From a virus (Duplodnaviria; Caudoviricetes), in the IMG/VR virus record IMGVR_UViG_3300017766_003100, positions 1 to 64,000 of that record: a stretch of DNA of 64,000 nucleotides. One strand, given 5' to 3'. The notes below the pieces were generated by a model. It ran no database searches, was not told the origin of the DNA, and saw only the letters and a program-made list of their open reading frames with translations. This document shows positions 37,099 to 47,887 of the stretch, one piece after another (position 1 is the stretch's first letter; each line of letters starts with the position of its first letter). The position numbers and the translations under genes are program-made.

Positions 37099-38565
37099 TT
37101 ATTTATAATTTACTATTTGGAATTTTATTTGTCTTTTATAAGTATTAACTTCCCCACTACTAATAACTTTAATATCAATATAATATTCATTTGGAATTTT
37201 ATCTCTAGTATCAAAGATAAAATAGTATTCATTTGGAGTTCTATTAATTGTTGTCCAATCTTGAACTTGAACTTCAGTTTGTCCTTCTCTAACATAGACA
37301 CGATAATAAGCATCAACCTTTGGTAATAATTTATTTGTTGTATATGCTTGTTTAATTATTACCCCAACTTTTCTTATATCCGTATTAAATATTTTTTCAT
37401 CTTGTTTAATACCATAATAATCAAAACCATAAATTTTAGGGTCAATTGAATTTGTACCTATAGTAAATCCATTTTTAAATGGTTGTAGTGTAAAATCATT
37501 AAGTACATTAGGTAATGGAAATCCATTATAAGTTAACCCAGTCCATTTATCTGAGAATGTACAAGGTGTTTTGTAACCAATAAGTGGAGGAACTGTAATT
37601 TCATATACCCCTTGAGTTTTTTGACAAGCAGTTATTGCCGAAAGACTTGATATTACATTACCAGTATTATCTAATATTGATACAATAGGTAAATTATCTA
37701 AGTTAATTGGATTACCATCTTCATACAAATAGAGATATAATTTGTTTACTCTACCTAAAGTGAAATTATTTCTATTATCATCAATTATATCATCATAATT
37801 TGTTTCCAAATATGGTTCATAAAATGTTTGGGTATGTCTTGTAAAAAATTGAACTTCGTATGTATCAGTTAAACCACTTAATAATTCAACTTGTGGTTTA
37901 TATGCAATAACCCATCCTGTAACTCCTGATAAATTATTATTCAATATGTCATTGATTTCATTTGTCATATCAAATTCAATATTCTCATCACCAAATTCAA
38001 AATGTTGTTCGGAAACAAGTGTTAATGCTGAATATGGATATGTACCTAAGTTTCTATTATTATAGATTCCTTCTTCTTGCCATTTATTTATTGTTGTGGT
38101 TTCAAACCAATTTGAAGGTCTTGTTGAAAAGTTTTTATCAATTGGTGTATATTGATAAATTAAATCGGCAAAATCATAACCAACACCTTCATCCCAATTT
38201 TGGGGAAATGCCGTATCAAAATCAATAGGTGGGATTCTTAGTAAAACAAGGTCAAACGATGTTGCTCTTTGTCTTCCTTGAGAAGTTGATGTATTCAACA
38301 AATCTTTATCAAAGGTTGACGTATTTGTCATCCTAAGTGTGTGTTTAATATTATTACCACAACTTGTTGAGATTGTTTTATTTTTGATTTTTTCTTTAAG
38401 TAAATCCAAATCTAAATCAAAAATGAATCTACTATAACCTAATGGATATTGTGAAACCACGGTTGTACCAAAAAATAGTTCAGTTACAGGATTTCTACCT
38501 GTATTTGTATAACTATTAAAAATTATTGTATTATTTCTATTGAAATATGATTTGTGAATTGACAT
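37099..38565 (-). CDS. Putative structural protein (beta-rich, Ig-like C-terminus)
   Basis: 488 aa in structural block; TATTTAT 22 nt upstream (38587-38581). Confidence 0.65.
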   Translation of the reverse strand: MSIHKSYFNRNNTIIFNSYTNTGRNPVTELFFGTTVVSQYPLGYSRFIFDLDLDLLKEKIKNKTISTSCGNNIKHTLRMTNTSTFDKDLLNTSTSQGRQRATSFDLVLLRIPPIDFDTAFPQNWDEGVGYDFADLIYQYTPIDKNFSTRPSNWFETTTINKWQEEGIYNNRNLGTYPYSALTLVSEQHFEFGDENIEFDMTNEINDILNNNLSGVTGWVIAYKPQVELLSGLTDTYEVQFFTRHTQTFYEPYLETNYDDIIDDNRNNFTLGRVNKLYLYLYEDGNPINLDNLPIVSILDNTGNVISSLSAITACQKTQGVYEITVPPLIGYKTPCTFSDKWTGLTYNGFPLPNVLNDFTLQPFKNGFTIGTNSIDPKIYGFDYYGIKQDEKIFNTDIRKVGVIIKQAYTTNKLLPKVDAYYRVYVREGQTEVQVQDWTTINRTPNEYYFIFDTRDKIPNEYYIDIKVISSGEVNTYKRQIKFQIVNYK

Positions 38566-38587
38566 TGATGTACTTTATACATAAATA

Positions 38588-40177
38588 TCAATTAATTCGG
38601 ATATTTTGATTAAGTATCAAACTTTCGGCATTGTTCAGTAAAGTTTCAATGTCTTCCAACCTTTGACCATTACCACTTGCGGTTTTAGCTGGTTTAATTA
38701 TTGCAATAGGATGTACGTGTCCTTCCAAGAATGCAAACATCTTTCTTAATAATTCAATTAATACTTCACCCCTTACAGAAGAATAAGTTAAATTTTGTAT
38801 TGAATTTTTACCTCTAACAAATGCGTTTTGGGGTATTCCGTAGATTGTATCTTGTAGATTAATTTTTGTTTTTTTACTTGTAGAGTCTTGAGATAGCAAA
38901 TATATTTTTTGTGCTCCCATAATACCATAACTTACTGGTTCAGATTTGAATGACGATGGAAATATTTGTTGTTTAAGTAAATCATATTGAGACCCATATA
39001 TAGGCTTACCTCCTTTATTACTCCACACTAAAAAATAACCTGATTCTTTAGAACTTTTGTCTAAACTAATTACTTGTCTAAATTTACTAAAATTAACAAG
39101 TTCGGCACTATCATTAGTACTTGTTGTGGGATTAAATTTATTTCCTCTTTCATAAGTTTCTTTTGAAGGGGTAACAACAAATGGGAAAGCATCCTTGAAT
39201 GAATTTTGGTCTGTTGACGTATAACCACTATATTGTAAGAAACCATCAAAAACACCTTTTATAAATGTATTGATAATATATGTAGTTTCTTCAAAAGTGT
39301 TACCAGTAATGTCAATTTTACTATCAGTTTCAATTAGGTCAGTACCTATTGTAAGTTGAGTAATAGTTTGAGAATCAAAATTAGATGTATTGAACTTTGT
39401 ACTATTTTCATTCCATTTGTAAAGTTTAACATACCCCGTAAACATATTTGGAGTAACATCATTTTCCAAATTATTAATATGCCATACAACAACTTTTTTA
39501 ACTGATAAAATAACTTCTTTTAAGAAAGTTGTTAATTGTATTGGGTCTTGTACTTCTTGTATTGGGAAGTATGATAATTGTAGAAAAGCTCTTTTTGAAT
39601 TAGGTGTTGGTAATCTACTATAAACTAATTCTGGTGTTTTACCAGCACGTATTAAAACATCATTTTCTTTAATAATGACATCAGCGGTACCTCTACCCAA
39701 TATACCAACATCTTCAGGTTTTGGGAATATACCTTCAGTACTACCACCTTCTGTAATTATATAACTACCATCAGTATTTCTTAGAGATAAACCTTGTTCA
39801 TACCTAGTACCAGTTGCTAAAAACTTTTTTGCCCCTTGAAAGTTTTCAAAAGGACTTAATAAAGGACTTGAAAAAGGTCCTTGAATATAAAATTGATTCT
39901 CTCTTTTAAATTTTTTGTTCATATAGATTATATGAACATATTCATTTATCTGAGGTGTTTGATTTAAAAAGAAGGGTAATAGGGGTAAGAATAGAATTGG
40001 GTCTTTACTAGTCCATTTCATTTTCTCTTCATCCCAATCAGGAATAGCTCCAATGATTGCGGTATAATCGTCAGTTTCAGGTATTACGCGAAGTCTACCT
40101 AACATCATTGGGTCTTGGTTATCAAATACCGTACCCGCAAAAATTATTTGATATTCATTAGGCGCTGTATCGTTCAT
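38588..40177 (-). CDS. Baseplate hub/spike protein (gp5/VgrG-like OB fold)
   Basis: AGTVFDNQDPMMLGRLRV N-terminal OB motif; C-terminal GEVLIELL...GHVHP spike tip. Confidence 0.7.
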   Translation of the reverse strand: MNDTAPNEYQIIFAGTVFDNQDPMMLGRLRVIPETDDYTAIIGAIPDWDEEKMKWTSKDPILFLPLLPFFLNQTPQINEYVHIIYMNKKFKRENQFYIQGPFSSPLLSPFENFQGAKKFLATGTRYEQGLSLRNTDGSYIITEGGSTEGIFPKPEDVGILGRGTADVIIKENDVLIRAGKTPELVYSRLPTPNSKRAFLQLSYFPIQEVQDPIQLTTFLKEVILSVKKVVVWHINNLENDVTPNMFTGYVKLYKWNENSTKFNTSNFDSQTITQLTIGTDLIETDSKIDITGNTFEETTYIINTFIKGVFDGFLQYSGYTSTDQNSFKDAFPFVVTPSKETYERGNKFNPTTSTNDSAELVNFSKFRQVISLDKSSKESGYFLVWSNKGGKPIYGSQYDLLKQQIFPSSFKSEPVSYGIMGAQKIYLLSQDSTSKKTKINLQDTIYGIPQNAFVRGKNSIQNLTYSSVRGEVLIELLRKMFAFLEGHVHPIAIIKPAKTASGNGQRLEDIETLLNNAESLILNQNIRIN

Positions 40178-40386
40178 TTTTTAACTCTACTTTCGTATTC
40201 TTTTAAGATTGTATTATATGTTAACTCTAATTTATCTAAGTGTTCTGTTAGTTTTATTAAAGTTTCTTTTGTAAACTTAAAGTCTTCTTGGATAAAATCC
40301 ATAACAAATGTTAAATCTTTGTTCGGTGAAGATTTATAATCTTTAATAACTCTTATTGCTTTTTCAGCTTGTTCTTTTTTATTCAT
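40174..40386 (-). CDS. Small coiled-coil hypothetical protein
   Basis: 70-aa ORF with 4-nt overlap. Confidence 0.65.
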   Translation of the reverse strand: MNKKEQAEKAIRVIKDYKSSPNKDLTFVMDFIQEDFKFTKETLIKLTEHLDKLELTYNTILKEYESRVKK

Positions 40387-40388
40387 AA

Positions 40389-42320
40389 TTAAAAATATAA
40401 TCCTGATGCTGATAATGGAATAGTTACTCCCGCTGGTGTTACTGTTGTTGGTTTGATGGCCACTTGTACTTTTCCATTTTCATTCTTTTCTTTTTCTGAC
40501 GCTTTAAGTTGACCATACATTGCTAATACTGTAAGATTTGGTGTACCATCGGGTAAAGGTCCTGTAGGTATACCCAATTTTTGTAATTCTTCAATTGTAC
40601 CAATAAATGCTCTTGATTCAGAATATCCACCCAAAAATTCTGAAGCAAATAAAAGAGGTAATGGTATTTGACTTGTTAAAGCCCCAAGGATATCTTGAGC
40701 AATTTGACCTCCAACACTCATTATTTTTATTAATTCATCAATGACACTTTTACATTTACGCCAATCGGTAATTAATTGTGCAACAACAAATAATATTTGT
40801 AATAACTTTAATATTATTGCAGTAATCTTTCTTACCCTCTCATTATTAATATCTTGTAGAACTCTTTGTACCAATTGTAATAAATCTCTTCTAATCGTTT
40901 CAAAAAGTTCTTGAATAAACAAAGCACTGATTCTTGATATTAGATTAACTACAAATTTTTTAAAGTTTTTAGCAAAGTCAACCAAGTTATCCACAAAGGC
41001 CAAAAATTGTTGTCCTAACGAAACTAACATTGAATATAGGGGTAATAGTACCTTGGGTGTTAATAATGAAAATACAACCCCTTGTGCCATTAATTTAAGG
41101 AAATTTACATCAACAGCAATGTCAATATTTCCATTTGGTAACTCAACATTCCAATTCGGATTATCAGTTAAGTTACGAGTTATTTGATTTGCTGCTTGAA
41201 CCAAATCATTATCAGGAACAAATCTTAAATTATCTAAGGCACTAATAATACTATCAACGTCAACTGGTAATAACACGTCCCCACAATTTTCATATTGAAC
41301 AACCCCATTTTTTAAATTTGAAATTGCTATATCAATATTTCTTAAATCTATATCTGAAAATTCAAAAAAAGAATCATCAATAGGGTCATCAACTGGTACT
41401 TTCGCAACACCACTAACATTAATTTCATTATTATTATCAAAACAAATTCCTAAGATTCGTTTGATTATGATTGAGAATTTTGATTCTACTTCAATTTGAC
41501 TTGTACCAATACTTCCTTTTATTGATAACGCACCAGTCAAACCATTCATAATATTTGCTATAATATTTTCAAATTCAACTAATTTAATTGATTTATAATA
41601 ATCAATTAAGAATTGAGATACTGTTGTAGCATTATTCGCGCGTTGGGCAAATGTGACTTTAAACCAAGGGCCTGTTTGACCAAGATTATCAAATTCGGTA
41701 TATTCTATATCAAATAAATTTTGTCCTGAATCACCTTTGTATTGACTACCAGTTGCTGCTGAGTATGAAACATTTGGTGCTTGTGTTCTATTATATAATT
41801 CTCTATTCATTGAGAATGGAGAATCTTGGATTACAACTGGATTTTTCTCATATAATAATTTACCAATATCAGACTCAGGGTCTTTTTTTAATAACCCAAA
41901 TAAATCTATTGCAGCAACTTTGATATAAACTTGTTGACCTGGAGCATATGTTTGTTGTTGGTCACATCCAATTGCATTAATAGTTTCTTCAAAAAGAATA
42001 TCAGAAAGTTTTGGTTCAATATTCTTTATTGTTTTTAACAATAACTTTTTAATAAATGAAATTGAACTCGACCCACTTCCTTTGGTTACACTTCCAACAT
42101 CCAAAAGTCTATCAAATTGATTTTTTAAATCTTTTTGAAACTTTTTATTTTTTTCAATAATATTTGAAAGTCTATCAGACGTTTTTGTCTTATCAAGTTC
42201 TTGAGTATCACCAGCTTTTTTTACGACATTAAGATATTCATCTTTAAGTTCGTTGTAAGCTTGTGTTGAGGTGATTTTTTCCTTTAATTTATTATAATCA
42301 AAATTTAAGTCTAACCCCAT
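40389..42320 (-). CDS. Large hypothetical protein
   Basis: 643 aa, mostly helical, hydrophobic C-terminal segments. Confidence 0.75.
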   Translation of the reverse strand: MGLDLNFDYNKLKEKITSTQAYNELKDEYLNVVKKAGDTQELDKTKTSDRLSNIIEKNKKFQKDLKNQFDRLLDVGSVTKGSGSSSISFIKKLLLKTIKNIEPKLSDILFEETINAIGCDQQQTYAPGQQVYIKVAAIDLFGLLKKDPESDIGKLLYEKNPVVIQDSPFSMNRELYNRTQAPNVSYSAATGSQYKGDSGQNLFDIEYTEFDNLGQTGPWFKVTFAQRANNATTVSQFLIDYYKSIKLVEFENIIANIMNGLTGALSIKGSIGTSQIEVESKFSIIIKRILGICFDNNNEINVSGVAKVPVDDPIDDSFFEFSDIDLRNIDIAISNLKNGVVQYENCGDVLLPVDVDSIISALDNLRFVPDNDLVQAANQITRNLTDNPNWNVELPNGNIDIAVDVNFLKLMAQGVVFSLLTPKVLLPLYSMLVSLGQQFLAFVDNLVDFAKNFKKFVVNLISRISALFIQELFETIRRDLLQLVQRVLQDINNERVRKITAIILKLLQILFVVAQLITDWRKCKSVIDELIKIMSVGGQIAQDILGALTSQIPLPLLFASEFLGGYSESRAFIGTIEELQKLGIPTGPLPDGTPNLTVLAMYGQLKASEKEKNENGKVQVAIKPTTVTPAGVTIPLSASGLYF

Positions 42321-42323
42321 ATT

Positions 42324-42698
42324 TTATTTTTTCATTTTATATTGGTTGTCTGACTTAGTAATATCTCTCTCCATTAAATCTTTAATAATATCATCATCCA
42401 TATTAATATCTGAAATAGAAAATGATTCTTTTGTAGAGTTTGTTTTTTCCCAAATTGAAGCTTGTAATTTAGAAAGAGATAGTTTTTTTTCAACACAATC
42501 ATTGATTATTTTTTGTTGTTTTTCAATAACAGGACCTATAAGAGTCATATCTTCAGGTTCTTTCATCATTGTCAACATTTTGTTTTGTATTCTAATTGCA
42601 GTATTTCTCTGTTCCACAAGTTCATTGTAGATTTCTTGCATCAAGGACAAAATAGATTCCTTAGATAAATTAATTTCTTTTTTTAATGGTCTAGGCAT
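42324..42698 (-). CDS. Hypothetical helical protein
   Basis: 124-aa ORF. Confidence 0.7.
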   Translation of the reverse strand: MPRPLKKEINLSKESILSLMQEIYNELVEQRNTAIRIQNKMLTMMKEPEDMTLIGPVIEKQQKIINDCVEKKLSLSKLQASIWEKTNSTKESFSISDINMDDDIIKDLMERDITKSDNQYKMKK

Positions 42699-42710
42699 AT
42701 AAATAAATAT

Positions 42711-43463
42711 TTATTTTATCATTTTTTCAACCATTGCGATATATATAAACTTAAATTTTTTAAGAGAACTTCGAATTTCTTTTGTACTTAAATTTGTCAT
42801 TTCTCTCAATGAAAGAAGAATTATATTTTTATTAAACTTATTGTTTGAAGTACTAACAAATATTTTATCATAATTTTCAAAAATCTCATATAAGGCATGA
42901 CCTAATTTGACTTCATTTTCATTAAGAGTTTCTTGTTTAAAAAGACTATCTAACTCTTTTAAAAAATTTTTGATAATATCTTCAGGTTCAACAACATAGT
43001 TGTCAATATTGTATGAATAATGTTCATCATTTTCCAAATCACTAGATATATCCTCATAGGAAATCTTTCGATTTGTTTCTTTTTGGTCTTTTAATATTTG
43101 ACCCATTAAATAATTCTTACAAATTGTACCGAAGTATGAGTAAGCTTTCTTTTCTTTTGATGGTTTGAACTTTTCAATTTTGGTCATCAAAAATGAATGG
43201 GTATCGTTGTGAATTTCATCAAATTCCGTGTCCTTTCGATATAGTTTGTAAGTCCTTATGATGGAGGAAATCATTTTATCAATGGGTTTCCTTAAAAAAT
43301 CATTATAGATTTTGTTTCTTTCTTGAAAAGAATCGGCAATTAAAAATTCTTTAACTGCCAATTCCTCTCTCTCTCCGAAATAAATTTTTTCTTTTTTTGG
43401 TTTTCTTCCTTTTTTCTTTGACTCTAAACTTGTATCCCCAGACAAATTTTTAATATCTGTCAT
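42711..43463 (-). CDS. gp55: Late-transcription sigma factor (T4 gp55-like)
   Basis: YFGEREE; PIDKMISSII; KIEKFKPSKEKKAYSYFGTICKNYL region-2-like motif. Confidence 0.75.
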   Translation of the reverse strand: MTDIKNLSGDTSLESKKKGRKPKKEKIYFGEREELAVKEFLIADSFQERNKIYNDFLRKPIDKMISSIIRTYKLYRKDTEFDEIHNDTHSFLMTKIEKFKPSKEKKAYSYFGTICKNYLMGQILKDQKETNRKISYEDISSDLENDEHYSYNIDNYVVEPEDIIKNFLKELDSLFKQETLNENEVKLGHALYEIFENYDKIFVSTSNNKFNKNIILLSLREMTNLSTKEIRSSLKKFKFIYIAMVEKMIK

Positions 43464-43472
43464 TAGGTTTTT

Positions 43473-44276
43473 TTATTCTTCAAATTTTATGGCTCTATCA
43501 ACAATAAAAAATGATTCTTTTTTTGCTGAGTCAATCCAGAATTTAACTTCTTCTTTAGAAAGTACTTCATCACCATTTTTGTAATTCCAAAATATTGAAC
43601 CTTGTCTTTGGTTGGTATGTTTATAACCAATTCTTGGAATTGTCATTATCTTCATTGAGTTGTGTGTCAATCTTAAAAACAACTCATATCCAAATGTTAG
43701 TTTGAATGATGCTTTTAGTAATCCAAAATCAACGAATGATGATTTTTTAATAACCATACCTGAGATTTGGAAATTCTGAAAACTTTGTAATGTTTCATTT
43801 GTGAGAATTCCCATTTCACTAGAAATGTTAACAGCAAATGTTGCCTCATTTGTGAAACCTGCAAATTGTCCATTTTCGGTAACATCAACTACAATTGGTA
43901 AGAAACAATCAACATCAGGATATACTTTGGAATACTTATTTGCATTATCAAACCATATCTTTGAATACTCATCATCAAATTCAAAAATAGATACCCATTT
44001 AGATTTTGCAATTCTAACACCATGATTTACTTGTTCTGAAAAGTTTGGATTTTTTGTCCAAACAACTCTGTTTACATTTAATCCACTAAATTCATAGCTG
44101 TCTAAAAATTCAACTAAACTTGTTTCATCTGTGTGTACTATAATAAGTTCATTGATTGGTGTTTTTTGTGTAACCAATGACATAATAGCTTTATTGAAAT
44201 AATCATCAAACCAAGGGTGGGTTGTAGATTTTATAGGTAATATTACTGATACATCAAATTTTTCCATATTAATCAA
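43473..44276 (-). CDS. Glycosyltransferase, GT-A (GT2-like)
   Basis: DVSVILPI; NFSEQVNHGV; IFEFDDEY. Confidence 0.75.
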   Translation of the reverse strand: MINMEKFDVSVILPIKSTTHPWFDDYFNKAIMSLVTQKTPINELIIVHTDETSLVEFLDSYEFSGLNVNRVVWTKNPNFSEQVNHGVRIAKSKWVSIFEFDDEYSKIWFDNANKYSKVYPDVDCFLPIVVDVTENGQFAGFTNEATFAVNISSEMGILTNETLQSFQNFQISGMVIKKSSFVDFGLLKASFKLTFGYELFLRLTHNSMKIMTIPRIGYKHTNQRQGSIFWNYKNGDEVLSKEEVKFWIDSAKKESFFIVDRAIKFEE

Positions 44277-45327
44277 TTGTTTGTAATTTATTTAATTGTT
44301 CTTCAAAAGATTTTAATCTTGTTTCAAGATAACCTTCGAAATTGTTTATTACACTTTGGTTAAATGATTCAGAAGTTGGAAGTTTCTCAATGGTACTATC
44401 CATTTGAGTTAATAAATTTTCATTAATATTATCTTCCAACAAATTCTGTAAGAAATCTGCAATGTAATCTACAATTTCATTCTTATTGTTAATCCAAAGT
44501 CCATTATCTTCTGACATCCATTCAGGAATCATTCTTGGTACAGTTCCCATACAAGGTACACCACATTTCATTGATTCCAATGGGAATGTTCCATAAGAAC
44601 TAATATCATCAATCCATACTGACATAAAACATTGTTTAAGGTTAAATGCAAATTCAGATTCACTCATACCTCTCATATCTTTGAATGTAACCCATCTATA
44701 TTGTGGGAATTTTAGATAGAATTGTTTGATAATATTCAAACCTTCTCTTTGGTCTCTAGTGTGAATACCAATTATTGGATTTGCGGGTAATGTATCTTTT
44801 TTGAAGCTATTAGATATGAATGGAGGAATAACATCAATTGAAACATTCTTCATTAAACTTGAAAGGTATTCCTTTTGTTGTTCAGATGTTGTGATACATT
44901 TTAAGAAACCTAATTGATTCCAAGATTGACCTGGTTGTAATGTTTCAAGTACATAGTCATATGATTGTGACAATACAATTTTACCACAAGGAAGATTACT
45001 TATCTGACTCATAACAAAACCATATAGTTCTGGTACAACAATGAAATCTTCAGGGGAAACTTGTAGTTTTTGCCCATCAATTGATGTGTGTGGAATATTC
45101 ATAAACTCTTGGTCTAACCAAGTAGATACACCAACATAATCACTTTTTTCATGTAACATTGTTACATTATAATTTTTGTCCCATAGAGATTTAGCCATTC
45201 TATAGGTGTAAGCTATTGAAGCTTTGGCGTTACCTTTAGTATCTTGTACTAAAAAATAAATCCTTGATTTTTTCTCTTTGAGATTTTGAATTGACTTCTC
45301 AATTTTTTCTATTTGTTCTGAATTCAT
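44269..45327 (-). CDS. Glycosyltransferase, GT-B-like
   Basis: VVPELY; YGTFPLESMKCGVPCMG (ExxxxG.P motif). Confidence 0.7.
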   Translation of the reverse strand: MNSEQIEKIEKSIQNLKEKKSRIYFLVQDTKGNAKASIAYTYRMAKSLWDKNYNVTMLHEKSDYVGVSTWLDQEFMNIPHTSIDGQKLQVSPEDFIVVPELYGFVMSQISNLPCGKIVLSQSYDYVLETLQPGQSWNQLGFLKCITTSEQQKEYLSSLMKNVSIDVIPPFISNSFKKDTLPANPIIGIHTRDQREGLNIIKQFYLKFPQYRWVTFKDMRGMSESEFAFNLKQCFMSVWIDDISSYGTFPLESMKCGVPCMGTVPRMIPEWMSEDNGLWINNKNEIVDYIADFLQNLLEDNINENLLTQMDSTIEKLPTSESFNQSVINNFEGYLETRLKSFEEQLNKLQTID

Positions 45328-45328
45328 A

Positions 45329-45598
45329 TTAAAATTTGTTTAATAATTTTTTATATAGTAAAGAATTAAATGCTAATCTGAATGGTATTGATAGTTCGGT
45401 ACTTTTCATACCTAATGCCTCATCAGCTTCTTCATTTTCTACGATTAAAGTTTCAATCATCATTTTAACCATTTCATATTTTACAACACTGATATGATTC
45501 TGTGGAGCACCTGTGAAATCAGATGGTGGTTCGACATTGATGTATTTTTCAATTTGGTCAATATCGAAGTAGTAATTTTCATTTAATATTTTTAACAT
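45329..45598 (-). CDS. Hypothetical protein
   Basis: 89-aa ORF. Confidence 0.7.
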   Translation of the reverse strand: MLKILNENYYFDIDQIEKYINVEPPSDFTGAPQNHISVVKYEMVKMMIETLIVENEEADEALGMKSTELSIPFRLAFNSLLYKKLLNKF

Positions 45599-46223
45599 AA
45601 TTTTCTAATTCTTTGATATTATTTAATGTGTAATCTTTGTTTATATCCTTATTATATTCAGTTTCATACTTAATAATCACCTTTTCTTGGGGATGATTTA
45701 ATAATAGGTCAGGATTTGCCGTAAGTAAAACATCAAACTCATCCCAAATATTATTTTTTGTTGAGTTTGAATAAAAAATTATCTTTTCCAATTCACAACC
45801 AAATTTTGATAAGAAAAATAAAGTTGCGGGTTTTGACTTCCCAATTTCATCCGAGATGATTATAAAATCATTTTCATTTCTCAAATTCTTATAAATCTCA
45901 TTCAAATCATTAAATGTGAACATTTCAGTTGATGGTGCGTGACCAAACAACTCCATACAATATTCTTCATACATAAATGAATAATATTCTTCATTAGTTT
46001 GAAATGCGAAATGTTCATTTAATGTTAAACTTGTGACAGGTGATAATATCTTATATTCAAATGGTTCTGATATTGTTTCCAATTCAGTATTACCTGATAA
46101 GTCAATTGTATAAGTTTGGGATGGTATATCTTGATAACTCTCTATTAAATGTTTTTCATATAAATGTGTGAATTTACCAATAGTGTCTCTTAATACACCA
46201 TTTACATCAATAGCAATTCTCAT
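45579..46223 (-). CDS. HAD-superfamily 5'(3')-nucleotidase-like protein
   Basis: MRIAIDVNGVLRD (DxN variant of motif I); KPATLFFLSK; YNK. Confidence 0.65.
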   Translation of the reverse strand: MRIAIDVNGVLRDTIGKFTHLYEKHLIESYQDIPSQTYTIDLSGNTELETISEPFEYKILSPVTSLTLNEHFAFQTNEEYYSFMYEEYCMELFGHAPSTEMFTFNDLNEIYKNLRNENDFIIISDEIGKSKPATLFFLSKFGCELEKIIFYSNSTKNNIWDEFDVLLTANPDLLLNHPQEKVIIKYETEYNKDINKDYTLNNIKELENYVKNIK

Positions 46224-46945
46224 TCTTCGTATCTTTTTAATATTTTTCCGATTAATGGATTTCTAACCACATCTTTATTATCAAATTCAAAAACTCCAAC
46301 ATCATCTAAACCTTTGAATTTTTTGATTGCATCATACAATCCTGAGTGTGTCTTATCTTTGTATCTATCGGTCTGTTCTAAGTCACCACTGATAAAAAAT
46401 TTACTATTGAACCCAATCCTTGTCAAGAGTAATTTCATTTGATTAGGAGTCGAATTTTGAGCTTCCTCAAATATTAGAATTGAGTTATCAATGTTCATAC
46501 CTCTCATATAGGCCAATGCAAAAACTTCAATAACATCAATTTCTTTCAATTTTTCTCTAGTTTCCTTACCAATGATTTTATTCATTAAGTAATATGAGGG
46601 GAAAATATAGGGGTCTAATTTTTCTTCAACATTACCAGGTAGAGAACCTAGTTTTTCTTCAGCTTCAACAGCAGGTCTAACAATGACAATTTTTTCGTAA
46701 GGTGAAGTTGGGTCAGATAAGATATCCAATGCAGCTTTCATCGCAATATATGATTTTCCAACACCAGCGGGTCCTGAACAAATTGTTATTTGATTTTTTT
46801 TCAATAAATCATAATATAATTTTTGATTGTCAGATAAGAACTTTTCTTTGGATTTCTTTTTGATTATTTCACAAATAATTTCCTTTCTTGTTTTTTTTGG
46901 TTCCTCACTATTCTGAGGTTGTGTTGGTTTTTTTCTTGTTGCCAT
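46220..46945 (-). CDS. phoH: PhoH-like ATPase
   Basis: GPAGVGKS; RPAVEAEEKLGSLPG; AYMRG; EEAQN; GDLEQTD; VVRNPL. Confidence 0.95.
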   Translation of the reverse strand: MATRKKPTQPQNSEEPKKTRKEIICEIIKKKSKEKFLSDNQKLYYDLLKKNQITICSGPAGVGKSYIAMKAALDILSDPTSPYEKIVIVRPAVEAEEKLGSLPGNVEEKLDPYIFPSYYLMNKIIGKETREKLKEIDVIEVFALAYMRGMNIDNSILIFEEAQNSTPNQMKLLLTRIGFNSKFFISGDLEQTDRYKDKTHSGLYDAIKKFKGLDDVGVFEFDNKDVVRNPLIGKILKRYEE

Positions 46946-46972
46946 TTAATTTATATTTTTATAAAAATTAAT

Positions 46973-46980
46973 CAAATATA
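46973..46980 (-). promoter_or_regulatory. Bacteroidota -7 element upstream of phoH
   Basis: TATATTTG on the minus strand, 28 nt before ATG 46945; no canonical -33 found. Confidence 0.45.
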
Positions 46981-46999
46981 AAAAAAATCAAGAGTTACT

Positions 47000-47887
47000 T
47001 TATGTTTGAAGTTCTTTAATGAAATCACTTATTCTTTTTTCGTAAGTGTGATTATTTTTACTTTTTAAGTAACCATTGTTACTAATCAAATTTCTTTCAG
47101 TTTCATTTTCTAAATAAAACTTGATTTTATCTATCAAATCGTCTTTAGTTTCATAAACGACAATATCTTGATTAATATTGAATAATAATTCCAACCCTTC
47201 TGTATAATTTGTCACCAATAAAGTTTTACAACCTGTTGTTTCAAACGTCCTATAATTTATATCATTTGATATATTACGATTGAAATGAATTTTGTATGAG
47301 TTTATAGTTCTAACCATATCCTCACCAATAACAAAAATATCTTTTTTTATATTAAAAATATTTAGATAATTTATCCATTCACCTCTATTATTAATATTAC
47401 CACAAAAACCAACATCAATATTTTTCTCAATCTCCATCGGAGTTATTAATGTATCATCATAACAATTAGGAAACCACAAGGTATTACCACAATAGTCTTT
47501 AAAGTTAGGTAAATAAGATTTAGTTGAGTTTAATAGAAAATCTGGTTTTATTTGTTTCACCAAATTAATATGTTGGTCTAACACACAATGAGAATCTATT
47601 GACCAAAATATTTTTATTTTTTTACTATTTTTAATCTTGTCCAATGGTAACCAAGTGGGGGTATAATTTTCTAATAAAAAAATAACGTCAGCCCAACTCT
47701 CTAACAATTTGAAATCATCATTAAAATTCTGATGTCCCAAACCCCACACAATACATTCAAATCCGTTTTTTTCAAATGCTCTTTTTAATGAAAAACATTC
47801 TCTATAATTTCTATTTTTTTCGTGTCTTCCGTTTTCTTGTATGATTAAAATTTTCATATTATTTTTTCGCGTAGAAAATATTACCAA
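47000..47887 (-). CDS. Glycosyltransferase, GT-B (CgeB/Glyco_trans_1_2-like)
   Basis: DVGFCG; KIHFN...INYRTFETTGCKTLLVT; HTYEKR. Confidence 0.85.
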   Translation of the reverse strand: MVIFSTRKNNMKILIIQENGRHEKNRNYRECFSLKRAFEKNGFECIVWGLGHQNFNDDFKLLESWADVIFLLENYTPTWLPLDKIKNSKKIKIFWSIDSHCVLDQHINLVKQIKPDFLLNSTKSYLPNFKDYCGNTLWFPNCYDDTLITPMEIEKNIDVGFCGNINNRGEWINYLNIFNIKKDIFVIGEDMVRTINSYKIHFNRNISNDINYRTFETTGCKTLLVTNYTEGLELLFNINQDIVVYETKDDLIDKIKFYLENETERNLISNNGYLKSKNNHTYEKRISDFIKELQT

